This document shows, piece by piece, positions 18,761 to 28,384 of a stretch of DNA of 44,943 bases. How positions within the stretch are numbered: the stretch's first letter is position 1; each line of letters starts with the position of its first letter. The notes below the pieces were generated by a model that did no database searches, was not told the origin of the DNA, and saw nothing but the letters and a program-made list of their open reading frames with translations. The stretch lies in sequence record SRR20825006_1030. The stretch is one strand, 5' to 3'. The position numbers and the translations under genes are program-made.

Positions 18761-18789
18761 GTAAGTTGGGTTGAGGCACGAAAACCAAC
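18761..18789 (+). repeat. degenerate REP copy
   Basis: GTAAGTTGGGTTGAGGCACGAAAACCAAC. Confidence 0.7.
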
Positions 18790-18848
18790 ATTCTGAATTC
18801 AGTCTGGGTGTTGCGTTACGCTATCGTGAAACCAAGCTGAATCTGTAG

Positions 18849-18877
18849 AAAAAACCGGGCAGGGTTGCCTGCCCGAT
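18849..18877 (-). terminator. intrinsic terminator
   Basis: CGGGCAGG/CCTGCCCG stem next to an A-tract. Confidence 0.6.
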
Positions 18878-18933
18878 TACTAATGTGGACTGGGTTGAAA
18901 TAACCCATGGTGCCATTTCGTTTCTAAATGGTG

Positions 18934-19419
18934 TCAGCCACCAAACTTTTCATTTTCGCCAATATTGGGCGTGGTGTTTTTAATATTGGCTTTGGCAAAT
19001 TCATATAGCTGGAAAGCTTTGCTCTCTTTCGCTTTCCAGTGTTCGCCCATTTCCACCTTCACTTCCAGCATGGCGACTTCTGGGTCCTCCTTGCCTTCGG
19101 GAAACCAGGCTGCAATGAAAGAATTCCAATATTTATCGACCAGCGTCTGGTCATCGATAAGTTTTGCCTTGCCTGAGAGCGAGACATAAACGCCCTCCTC
19201 CTGATCAGAGAAAGTCAGGCAGACATCATGGTCCTGGTTAGTTTCTGAAACTTTCTCAGCACTGCGACGGGTATAGAACCAAAGCGTGCCGTCATACTCA
19301 TCCTGCACAAGGTGCATGGGTCTGGCGCGTGGCATGTCCTCATCCAGCGTGACCAGCATGCCGACTTTGATATCTTTTATCATTTCCCAAATTTTCTGCT
19401 TATGTTCAGGACTGGACAT
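18934..19419 (-). CDS. general stress protein 26 / pyridoxamine 5'-phosphate oxidase-like
   Basis: IKDIKVGMLVT...RARPM...LWFYT...AWFPEGKEDP. Confidence 0.88.
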   Translation of the reverse strand: MSSPEHKQKIWEMIKDIKVGMLVTLDEDMPRARPMHLVQDEYDGTLWFYTRRSAEKVSETNQDHDVCLTFSDQEEGVYVSLSGKAKLIDDQTLVDKYWNSFIAAWFPEGKEDPEVAMLEVKVEMGEHWKAKESKAFQLYEFAKANIKNTTPNIGENEKFGG

Positions 19420-19448
19420 AAATCTAATCTCCTATGTATCACTTAAAC

Positions 19449-19488
19449 AAAAAAGGGGTAGAGACGAATAAATTCGCCCGCTACCCCT
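19449..19488 (-). terminator. intrinsic terminator
   Basis: AGGGGTAG...CTACCCCT stem with an A-tract. Confidence 0.55.
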
Positions 19489-19504
19489 GTTAATACGGAT
19501 CTAA

Positions 19505-19822
19505 CTAATGATTACGCTGACGTTCGACAATCTTGTCCAATTGACGGGTCAGTTTCTGCTCAGCACCGGTTAAAGCCTGTTTCACGTTTGCCCCATCATG
19601 GCTGACCACATTCGGTTGGTGCCCTTCCAATCGGGCTTCAATCAGGCAACGGATATCGTCACCGCCTCCGCGTTTGTCACTATTTTTATCGCTTATGTGT
19701 ACTTCGATACGAGTGAGATATTCATCAAAACGTTTGAGATTATGCTGTAACTCTTCACGAATTGATTCGGCCAGTTCTACTGCACCATGAATATTGTGGT
19801 CAGTATTGACTTGGATTTGCAT
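19505..19822 (-). CDS. HPF/RaiA-family ribosome-associated protein
   Basis: MQIQVNTD...TRIEVHISD...RCLIEAR. Confidence 0.85.
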   Translation of the reverse strand: MQIQVNTDHNIHGAVELAESIREELQHNLKRFDEYLTRIEVHISDKNSDKRGGGDDIRCLIEARLEGHQPNVVSHDGANVKQALTGAEQKLTRQLDKIVERQRNH

Positions 19823-19952
19823 GTACGCTCCTTTTGCGTGATTTGAAATCGTTTCAATTCTTCAAATCTGACCCGTTTTACGGGTATTGATTCCATCAAT
19901 GTCCATTTGCTGAATCATGGACCTCCCTGTCCACGATGAGGCTTCGCTTTGT

Positions 19953-20225
19953 TTATTGGCTAACAACCTGTTCGTAATTTTCAAAAGCCTTGTGCAGGTT
20001 TTCATCCGGTTTTTTCAGAAACTTCGCTTTGGCATCTTTATTACCAAAGCAGTATTGATTACCGTCCGGCCCAGTCCAGTCGACGGAGCAGTCGGTTTTG
20101 AATTCTTCACCAGCGACAATACCCATAGCGCAGCGACCACCGAATTCAGGATAGTCTGCAGCTACAGCCAATGAAGACATGGCAAAGACCAAGGGTGAGA
20201 TTGTAATCAGGAGTAACTTTTTCAT
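19953..20225 (-). CDS. small exported YHS-like protein
   Basis: GGAGG RBS before MKKLL, signal peptide, C...C...YCFGNKDAKAKF. Confidence 0.7.
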   Translation of the reverse strand: MKKLLLITISPLVFAMSSLAVAADYPEFGGRCAMGIVAGEEFKTDCSVDWTGPDGNQYCFGNKDAKAKFLKKPDENLHKAFENYEQVVSQ

Positions 20226-20289
20226 TTCTGCCTCCTTTTTTGGTTCGTGTTCAGATAAACACTCAACAATATGACTGCCAGCAAACGGT

Positions 20290-21021
20290 CTAAGTTTTTG
20301 AGCCAAAAATGACCCCATGACAGAAAAACCGTCTCAACAGTCGCCCCTGCCGCGTTGAGCTTGCTTTTTGTTCTTTGAGGTAAGCGCGCAAAAATGTAAT
20401 GTGATCCCGTTGATTGAATAGCATAAGACTGCGTTTGTGTAAGCTATCAAGGTCATGTTTCATTGCAGCCCCACGACGCCAGCGGCGCTTCATTTTTTCA
20501 AGATCAATCAACTTTACTGACCACTTGCCATCCGATTGGCGAACAAAAATATGCTTGGGATAAAGGCAGTTATGCTGATAGTGATGCTGATGAAGTTTGC
20601 TGATACAGCGAGCAATCGAACGCAGCAGTTCTCTGCGCTGAGGTAGCGTTAATGAATCTAAATCAAGCTGGTCGAGCGACTGGTAGCCTTCCAGAGCCCG
20701 GGTCCCCAGTATGGCCGTATCACCTTTGATAGCAAAGATGGCGACATCCACAGTGGGCAAGCCAACCCTGTGAAGTCGTCTGATATTACGGTACTCACGC
20801 AATGCAGTTGGTTGTTTTATGAACAGATTAGTCCAGCTGCGGTAACTGTGTCGAAACTGCTGCTTGAGATAGACCGGAACGACGCCGTCAGGTGTTTCCA
20901 ACTCGACTTTTCTCACCCCACTCCATCCGCCACGACGGATATTGGGTGCTTCGCACCAGTTATGATCGCCCATCCACAAAGTGTCAAACTCGGGGCTGGT
21001 CAGTCCTTGCAAAATCTCCAT
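20290..21021 (-). CDS. InaA / Kdo-WaaP lipopolysaccharide kinase family
   Basis: EAPNIRRGGWSGV, YLKQQ, HNCLYPKHIF, IDLEK. Confidence 0.88.
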   Translation of the reverse strand: MEILQGLTSPEFDTLWMGDHNWCEAPNIRRGGWSGVRKVELETPDGVVPVYLKQQFRHSYRSWTNLFIKQPTALREYRNIRRLHRVGLPTVDVAIFAIKGDTAILGTRALEGYQSLDQLDLDSLTLPQRRELLRSIARCISKLHQHHYQHNCLYPKHIFVRQSDGKWSVKLIDLEKMKRRWRRGAAMKHDLDSLHKRSLMLFNQRDHITFLRAYLKEQKASSTRQGRLLRRFFCHGVIFGSKT

Positions 21022-21030
21022 GATGGCAAC

Positions 21031-21729
21031 CTATTTTTTTTCCAGCACATAAGTACGCCACATGGCGTATCCAGGCAGAAAATCCAGATGCGCTTTGATA
21101 TCAAAACCGGCTTGTTCGAACTCTTTTTCAACCTGGCTTCTGGGAATCACAAAGCGATTTTGATATTCCCGTCGTGCCCTTTTAGATTCCAATTTGCTAC
21201 GGCGCCAGGATTTAACATTGCCATCAACCCAGAGAGAAATGATCACCGAAGTGCGCGCTACCCTGTGCATCTCAGCAAGCAGTCTTAGACGGTCCTTGCT
21301 GTTACCAATATGGTGAAGCAATCTGATGCAAAAAATGTTGTCGACTGCCCCATCAGGTAAATCCAACTGAAAGGCGGATGACTGGAGCGTTGATATCCGC
21401 TTCGTGATAGTGGGTGGACGATGCTGCATGCCGATGTCGATCATGTCCTGGCTGTAATCACAGGCAATGATTTTTCTGTCTTTCTCTTCTGTCAGCAAAG
21501 ACCAGAAACGGCCTGTGCCACATGGCAAATCGAGTACAGACTTGGGATTGCCTGCCAGTTCAAGTGCTTTGCGAGCGACTTTCTGGTCACGCCAGTCTGA
21601 TAATCTTCGCCAGAAACCATCCTGATGTTTATCAAAATAGGCCTGAGCGTGGCGGAGATCATACTTTTCTGAAAAAGTCAGTTTGGGGGCGGTATCGAGT
21701 TTATTTGAGTACGTTGAGCTTGCTTTCAT
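21031..21729 (-). CDS. class I SAM-dependent methyltransferase
   Basis: VLDLPCGTGRF motif I, CIRLLHH. Confidence 0.9.
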   Translation of the reverse strand: MKASSTYSNKLDTAPKLTFSEKYDLRHAQAYFDKHQDGFWRRLSDWRDQKVARKALELAGNPKSVLDLPCGTGRFWSLLTEEKDRKIIACDYSQDMIDIGMQHRPPTITKRISTLQSSAFQLDLPDGAVDNIFCIRLLHHIGNSKDRLRLLAEMHRVARTSVIISLWVDGNVKSWRRSKLESKRARREYQNRFVIPRSQVEKEFEQAGFDIKAHLDFLPGYAMWRTYVLEKK

Positions 21730-21774
21730 ATCATCATCATTCAGTTAGGGTATGTATATTGATATCAGTCGTTC

Positions 21775-21791
21775 ATTAAGAAAGACTTAAC
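21775..21791 (-). promoter_or_regulatory. PmrA/QseB-type OmpR-family box
   Basis: GTTAAG-N5-CTTAAT direct repeat about 45 bp upstream of the methyltransferase. Confidence 0.5.
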
Positions 21792-21921
21792 CCGTACTGC
21801 ACAATCATGACCTGGCTGGATCAACATTATTGCCTGCCGAAGCTCGACCAAGCTCGGTCTGCTGCATAATCTGACTCAGGTTTGTTAGGATGGATGAGGA
21901 CTTCAACGATACAGGTCAATC

Positions 21922-23508
21922 ATGCCGGAATCCCGCCCGGGTTGGGTTTTCTATATTTCTCTGGGTACGCTGCTGGCTTTTGTGGCAATAGCGCTGTTAT
22001 GGCCAGCTGAATTTGCCGAATCAGCTGAAACCGCACTGTCATTCACAACAACCCATTTCGGTTGGTTATATCTGTTTGTCACGACCGGCTTTCTCATTTT
22101 CTGTATCGGTATCGCCATGAGCGATTATGGCCGCATCCGGCTGGGTTCAGATGGTGAGGCACCGGAGTTTTCCTATACTTCCTGGCTGGGGATGATTTTC
22201 TCTGCAGGCATGGGGGTTGGCCTGGTGTTCTGGGGTGTGGCTGAACCAATGACCCATTATGCCAATCCACCCTTTGGCAGTGCGGAACCTCACTCGGCTG
22301 AGTCAGCCAGTCTGGCGATGCGATATTCCCTGTTCCACTGGGGCTTTCATCAATGGGCCAACTTCGGCATTGTCGGACTGGCGATTGCCTATGTTCGCTT
22401 TCGCCAGGAGCGTCCGGGTCTCATCAGTGAAGCTTTCAGATCCACATTAGGCGACCGGGTCGATGGGGCAACCGGCCACGCTATCAATGTGCTTGCCGTC
22501 GTTTCTACCGTGTTTGGTGTGGCCACGACTGTCGGTCTGGGTATGATTCAAATCAACAGCGGCATGAGCTCGGTATTTGGCATCGATTTCGGGGTTGCAT
22601 CACAACTTGCCATTCTTGGCGGGGTGGGCATCATCTTTCTACTTTGCTCACTCGCTCCACTTGAAAGTGGCATTCGTTATGTCAGTGATTTGAACCTGTG
22701 GCTTGCCGCGCTGATTCTGATGTTTGTTTTTTTCGCCGGTCCGACCGACTTCATCACGGCCTCCATGACCAATGCCATTGGTGATTATTTTGCCAATCTG
22801 ATTGGGATGAGTCTGGTCATGACACCCTACTCCGGCGATGACTGGGTAGAACGCTGGACCATTTTTTATTGGGCCTGGGGGCTATCCTGGGCACCTTTTG
22901 TCGGAACCTTCATTGCCCGTATTTCGCGAGGCCGAACCATCAGGGAGTTCGTGCTGGGTGTCATTGGCATGCCCGTTCTGCTCAGTGCCTTATGGTTTGC
23001 GACCTTTGGTGGGTCGGCAATGTATTTTGAAATCTTCAAAAACGCCGGCATTGCCGACGCTGTCGAAACAGAAATCAGTTCGGGCTTGTTCGCCATGCTG
23101 GAAGTACTGCCGGCCGCTGACATACTGAGCTATCTGATGCTGGCGCTCATTATTCTGTTTGTGATTACGTCTGCCAACTCGGCAACATTTGTACTGGGTA
23201 TGTTCACTGCTAAAGGGGTACTTGTGCCCAAGCGCTGGCTACGACTGACATTCGGCATTATCCAGGTGCTGGTTGCCGGTGTGCTCCTGATGAGTGGTGG
23301 CTTGTCTGCTTTACAGACCGTTTCGATTGTTGCGGCTTTTCCCTTTATGATTCTGATGGTCTTCATGGCGAGCGCGTTGCTGAAATCTTTACGGGATGAG
23401 CAAAGACAGATCGAGCTTCATGAAGCCTTAATGCGCGAGCGGCTGCAACGATTGATAGACCAGCATGACTTACCCGGACTTGATGGTCAGCAGGAAAAAC
23501 CTAAGTGA
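21922..23508 (+). CDS. BCCT family betaine/choline/carnitine transporter
   Basis: FSAGMGVGLVFWGVAEP, FHWGFHQW, WTIFYWAW..SWAPFVG.FIARISRGRTIREF. Confidence 0.95.
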   Translation: MPESRPGWVFYISLGTLLAFVAIALLWPAEFAESAETALSFTTTHFGWLYLFVTTGFLIFCIGIAMSDYGRIRLGSDGEAPEFSYTSWLGMIFSAGMGVGLVFWGVAEPMTHYANPPFGSAEPHSAESASLAMRYSLFHWGFHQWANFGIVGLAIAYVRFRQERPGLISEAFRSTLGDRVDGATGHAINVLAVVSTVFGVATTVGLGMIQINSGMSSVFGIDFGVASQLAILGGVGIIFLLCSLAPLESGIRYVSDLNLWLAALILMFVFFAGPTDFITASMTNAIGDYFANLIGMSLVMTPYSGDDWVERWTIFYWAWGLSWAPFVGTFIARISRGRTIREFVLGVIGMPVLLSALWFATFGGSAMYFEIFKNAGIADAVETEISSGLFAMLEVLPAADILSYLMLALIILFVITSANSATFVLGMFTAKGVLVPKRWLRLTFGIIQVLVAGVLLMSGGLSALQTVSIVAAFPFMILMVFMASALLKSLRDEQRQIELHEALMRERLQRLIDQHDLPGLDGQQEKPK

Positions 23509-23618
23509 AACAGGAAGACCGATGATCTGATATGGTCGCCACCTACCCGGACAAGCTCTTAAACTGAACTTATCTCAATTACAGCCAGTCAATTCTATTT
23601 TCCAAACAGGTCATCCAC

Positions 23619-25238
23619 GTGTCATTTATTGTTTCTCACGACTTTATCAAAGCAACCCAGCATGCAGAATTAAGCCCTTACCGAGACAGGGTGGCTCGTG
23701 AAGAAGCCGATAACCGGGGTTATATCAAAACCTCGGAAATGGAAATTGAGCCCCGGCAGTTATCTCTGGCAGCTTTAAAAGATATGGCTGACGTGGCTGA
23801 CTCGCTGGAGGATGTAAAGTCCAAGCGGGCGATTGAAGCCATTTTGATGGCACGTGATGGCGAGTTTGATGCGCCTATTCCCAATTTCAAAGCCTTTTCA
23901 TCGACGCTGGAATCCTACCTGAAGCACAAGTTGGTTGACGGCTGGGTCTATCTCAAAAAAGCGGATGGTAAGCGCTATCCGGCGCTGGTGACTGACTTCA
24001 GCTATAAACCGGCCACCGCCCATGCTGAAGAATCGCTTTTAATGCATGTCTGCCACCTGTCGCCGAATCTAAAGAAAGGCTATTTCGGCTTCGAGCATGA
24101 CTACATTGCTTTCGGACCCGGTGACGTCAATAAAAAACGCATCAATGAGGCGCTGGAGCTCAAGCAGGTCTTTAGGGAAACGCCGGCTTTGAAAGCAGAA
24201 TATGAGGATAGCTATGCCCGCTACTGTCGAGAGATCAAAGATCAGTTTTCCGAACAGTTTGTCGCCAGTGGCCTGATTCACACTGACAAAACCCAGGTGA
24301 ATTCGGATGGTTCGGCGATTGAAACCAAAGTCATTCATGATATGCCACCCAGCGATGTCAAAACCTATTCGCAGTTAAGAGAATCCTGCCTGGTTGAAGG
24401 TGAAGACAATGTACTGGCGATGCCTGAATGGCCATTGCTGCGGGTATTCAATTTAAAAACACACAGCTTTGTCTGGATTCACGCGGATTATCTGACCCGT
24501 TACGAATACGATAAATCACTCAAGGACAAACTGATCCTGCCTAAAACGCATCACGATCTGCTGGATGTATTAACCACCAATGTTGATGTGTTCAGCGGCG
24601 ATATTATTGAGGGCAAAACTGCCGGTAATGTGATTTTGTGTAAAGGGGTGCCGGGTGTCGGTAAAACGCTGACAGCAGAGATTTATTCCGAGTTGATTGA
24701 ACGGCCATTATATCTGCTGCATTCCGGCTCATTGGGCACCAACGCCAAGGATATTGAAGCCAACCTCAGAGTCATCTTCTCCCGCGCTGAGCGCTGGAAC
24801 TGCGTGTTGCTACTGGATGAGGCTGATGTGTTTATCGTCACCCGTGGAGACAATATCGAGCAAAATGCCATTGTTGCCGAATTCCTTCGTACCATGGAGT
24901 ATTTCAGTGGTTTGCTGTTTATGACCACCAACCGGCCTTCGGATATTGATGAAGCAATTATTTCCCGTTGTGCCGCGATCATAGAGTACGAAATCCCGAC
25001 ACCGGAAAATGCTGCCAAGATCTGGCAGGTGTTTGCCAGACAGTATGACTTCGAATTGCCGGACAAACTGCTGACACAGTTACTGGCCACTTTTGAAGAA
25101 ATCAGCCCCCGGGATATGAAGATGCTGCTGCGGCTGGTTTTACGTGTCGCCAGAAATATGAATGTCGATCCGGACATTAACCTCTTTCGTCAGTGCGCCA
25201 TGTTTCGCGCCATTAAAATCACGGAAACCTCTCTGTAA
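23619..25238 (+). CDS. AAA+ ATPase with an uncharacterised N-terminal domain
   Basis: Walker A GVPGVGKT, Walker B LLLDEAD, MTTNR...DEAIISR. Confidence 0.9.
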   Translation: MSFIVSHDFIKATQHAELSPYRDRVAREEADNRGYIKTSEMEIEPRQLSLAALKDMADVADSLEDVKSKRAIEAILMARDGEFDAPIPNFKAFSSTLESYLKHKLVDGWVYLKKADGKRYPALVTDFSYKPATAHAEESLLMHVCHLSPNLKKGYFGFEHDYIAFGPGDVNKKRINEALELKQVFRETPALKAEYEDSYARYCREIKDQFSEQFVASGLIHTDKTQVNSDGSAIETKVIHDMPPSDVKTYSQLRESCLVEGEDNVLAMPEWPLLRVFNLKTHSFVWIHADYLTRYEYDKSLKDKLILPKTHHDLLDVLTTNVDVFSGDIIEGKTAGNVILCKGVPGVGKTLTAEIYSELIERPLYLLHSGSLGTNAKDIEANLRVIFSRAERWNCVLLLDEADVFIVTRGDNIEQNAIVAEFLRTMEYFSGLLFMTTNRPSDIDEAIISRCAAIIEYEIPTPENAAKIWQVFARQYDFELPDKLLTQLLATFEEISPRDMKMLLRLVLRVARNMNVDPDINLFRQCAMFRAIKITETSL

Positions 25239-25340
25239 TCAGTCCTCTTTCTATACAGAGTCTTCAGATCGTCTATGCCCCGGCCTTGATATAAGGTCGC
25301 CGTCTTTTAAACACCACTGAGCGACAATGATTCGAGCAGA

Positions 25341-26516
25341 TCACTGGCTGTCATCGCTAAACGCGGAGCGGTGATACTCAGTCGCGTCCTTCACCGCCCT
25401 GACCCCGGTCTCCGTCAATTCTGGTACATCGCCGCCAGCCAGCACTTCCAGTACAGCGTGCACGCCCCGGCTGAGTGAAGTCAGGTTATAGCCGCCCTCA
25501 AGCACCAGGGCCAAACGGCCATGACAGTGCTGATCAGCAATGTCCTGCACAATACGGGTGATGACTTTGAAGCCGTCATAAGACAGATTCAACGCCATAT
25601 CATTATGGTGGGGATCAAACCCTGCGGAGACCAGGACCAGATCAGGTTTAAAGTACTCAGCTGCCGGCACCAGTATTTCACGAAAAGCCATTTCGAAAGC
25701 AATGTCTCCCGCCGTTTCCGGCAAGGGTACATTGATCGTGTAACCTTCGCCGAAACCGGCACCGACTTCATTCAGGTCGCCTGATCCCGGATAAAATGGC
25801 GCCGCACAATGTGTATCAAAAAAAAGTACATCGGGATCAGCCCAGAAGATATCCTGCGTGCCATTGCCATGGTGTGCATCCCAGTCGACAATCAGAATGC
25901 GTTCGCATCCCAGCTTGACCTGGGCATGGGCCGCGGCCACAGCTAGATTATTTAGCAGACAAAATCCTCTTGCCCGCACCGGTTCAGCATGATGTCCCGG
26001 AGGCCGAACCAATGCGAAGGCGCTTTGTGAGTCACCATTGACGACACTCTCGACTGCTGCGATCGCATTGCCCGCCGCGGAACTGGCTGCTTTGATACTA
26101 TCTGGGGAGACGGCCGTGGTATCTCTGTCCAGCCAGGCACTCTGCCCTGCCAGCGAAAACAGATGGTCCAGGTATCCCGTGGTGTGCACACGGCCCAGCT
26201 GCTCATAAGTCGCGGCCGGACCGGATTTGAACTGTACCCCGGGCACGGGGTTCTCATGAAGATATTTTGTAATGGCTGTCAGCCGGCCGGGGTGCTCTGG
26301 ATAACTCCATTTGAAATTCAGCCCCTGCAGCATCGTTCTGACCCGTTTCTCAACCCGACTGGGGACAAAAGGCAGATCGACTTCCGGGTTATGGCCCAGC
26401 ATCACCTCATCAGTAAAGACATTGACACTACGATCGCCTATCACTTTATTTCCTTTTCCGCTGCCCGGTTGCAACTGTACCGGTGACAGCGTTTCATGGC
26501 TGCTCTGCCAGGGCAT
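25341..26516 (-). CDS. histone deacetylase / acetylpolyamine amidohydrolase family protein
   Basis: RPPGHHA, GFC, DWDAHHGNGTQ, SAGFD, LEGGY. Confidence 0.93.
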   Translation of the reverse strand: MPWQSSHETLSPVQLQPGSGKGNKVIGDRSVNVFTDEVMLGHNPEVDLPFVPSRVEKRVRTMLQGLNFKWSYPEHPGRLTAITKYLHENPVPGVQFKSGPAATYEQLGRVHTTGYLDHLFSLAGQSAWLDRDTTAVSPDSIKAASSAAGNAIAAVESVVNGDSQSAFALVRPPGHHAEPVRARGFCLLNNLAVAAAHAQVKLGCERILIVDWDAHHGNGTQDIFWADPDVLFFDTHCAAPFYPGSGDLNEVGAGFGEGYTINVPLPETAGDIAFEMAFREILVPAAEYFKPDLVLVSAGFDPHHNDMALNLSYDGFKVITRIVQDIADQHCHGRLALVLEGGYNLTSLSRGVHAVLEVLAGGDVPELTETGVRAVKDATEYHRSAFSDDSQ

Positions 26517-27033
26517 GCTTTACTGTTTGTGTAAATGCGGCAGCTCTGACTCCGGTCGGTTGAAACCCGAGCCTGCTCCAGACGGCTTTGGCTTCGTTAT
26601 TGGAAACGGCATATTCAAGTATGAGCTCCTGAACATGGTGAAGTTCAGCATAGGAAAGCAGTTCCCGCATGATGCTTCTGAAAATACCCTGCTGCCTGAA
26701 TGCCGGCTCCACCCAGACATCATCGATAAAGCCGGTTTTGCATTCCACTTCATCTGCCTGCTCCCAGATGCCCTGGGCATGGCATATGTAGAGATAGCCC
26801 ATGCCTACTGGCTCGGCGCCTGCGGTGGCAACGACAAGATGCTTATCCAAATCTGCGAGGGAGGTGCTCAGTACATGCATCAGCCTTTGTTTTTCTTCTT
26901 CCTTGAGATGCTGATGTGGCCCCCCGGCAACATGAAGTGCCAGTTTGGCAAGAAAATCGACAAGCACCGGTAGATCACTCTCCACTGCCTTGCGGATGAC
27001 AACATCATCGGTAGGACCCTGCTGTCTCGTCAT
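26494..27033 (-). CDS. GNAT family N-acetyltransferase
   Basis: IRKA, VWVEPAFRQQGI (motif A), N..A...W..LGF. Confidence 0.88.
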   Translation of the reverse strand: MTRQQGPTDDVVIRKAVESDLPVLVDFLAKLALHVAGGPHQHLKEEEKQRLMHVLSTSLADLDKHLVVATAGAEPVGMGYLYICHAQGIWEQADEVECKTGFIDDVWVEPAFRQQGIFRSIMRELLSYAELHHVQELILEYAVSNNEAKAVWSRLGFQPTGVRAAAFTQTVKHALAEQP

Positions 27034-27817
27034 CTGGAAAGACTCCTTGCCATGCTTCAGGCTGGCGGCTTACCCACCCTTATATATAGAGACTACGCCG
27101 TTTCAGGAATTGCTTCTCTGGCATGTGACTTAATATGGTCTTATGTCCCAACATACAACCTGAGCCCTGACAATGGAAGACAGCATTGCTAAGCGCTTAC
27201 TAAACAACTGCTGACTGTTGTTCTCGACAGCGGTTTAAACCAATTGGGTTTTCCTAAATAGGCTCATGGTTCAAGTCAACAACGCCATCGAGGAGTGCGT
27301 GCAGTTAAAATTTCTGAAGCCACGCTTCAACTCAGCACATCGTCTTTAACTCCCTATGAAAAAACATTGCCCCCCATTCATTGCTCCAGCTATGCCAGCC
27401 CCTTTCATGAAAGGTCAGCGATATTCTATGCTTCTTCGAAAGCCAGAAATCATCGGCATTTGACGGGGTTATCCCTTTTTCACTAAAAAAGTGAAAATTT
27501 CCCGATTTCCCAAATATGTGAACTTTTTTCGAAATTTAATTAACGAACTATCAAACACTGACTATAAACAACATGAATTAAATTGCTGCTCAGTTGCCTA
27601 TTTTATTAAAACAATTTGTGACTTACACAACGCCTGGGTAGCTCCCTGTCATTTAGAAATGACATACCAGCAGCGACCAGCACAAGCATGAAAAATACTG
27701 ATTTTTATTGGCAAAAAGCTCATTGAAAGAAAACAGGAACTACGTCAAAGCTGACTTCTTCTCGTGCATGGCACGGTCAGCAGAGCATGCCATTTTAGCC
27801 AGTTATAGGAGAAGACC

Positions 27818-28096
27818 ATGATTTCAGAGGAACTCAAGAAAGCAGAATCGATTGAAGAAGTTGTACAGATCATAGATAACGGCGGCACCGGCTTTGAATC
27901 ACCGGAAGAAGTCGCCGCTAAATATGCTTATCTCTCAGCGATGCAAACGGAGAGGAAGAACAAAGAAGATATCCAGGCTGAGCTACAAACGCTCATGGAA
28001 GAAGGCGCGATGTTTGAATATCCATTGGCATTGGAATATGCCGAGTCCTACCTCATTGACACGTTGACTGATACCCCGCGACCTCAGCGTTTTTGA
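27818..28096 (+). CDS. small acidic hypothetical protein
   Basis: AGGAGA RBS, 92-aa ORF. Confidence 0.7.
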   Translation: MISEELKKAESIEEVVQIIDNGGTGFESPEEVAAKYAYLSAMQTERKNKEDIQAELQTLMEEGAMFEYPLALEYAESYLIDTLTDTPRPQRF

Positions 28097-28384
28097 CTGG
28101 CTCTGCCACAACCAAGATGACATTCAGCGTCGGTAAAGCGGCGCTCAGGATTTTATTCAGTTTTCCGGATAAATGGCTATGTCTCAGGGAAGAGAGGCTC
28201 GGGTCGCTGGGTATGATTTGTAAGAGCAATCCCTATCAAAACCTTCTTAAACGCCTTCATCCTCATTTCTGTTGCTAATTCAATCTATCTTGTCCTGGGA
28301 ACAGTTTGATTTGACAGTGTTCATTACAGTCACAGCATTAAGACGTTACACTTGAATCACTAAATTGCATTCAACTAAGGCCTT

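Noticed and set aside
27295-27691. Two small ORFs in the long intergenic region
   Set aside because: GTG starts without an RBS, AT-rich sequence and no motif make regulatory DNA more likely.
27769-27787. TGGCACG as a sigma54 promoter
   Set aside because: There is no TTGC at the -12 position.
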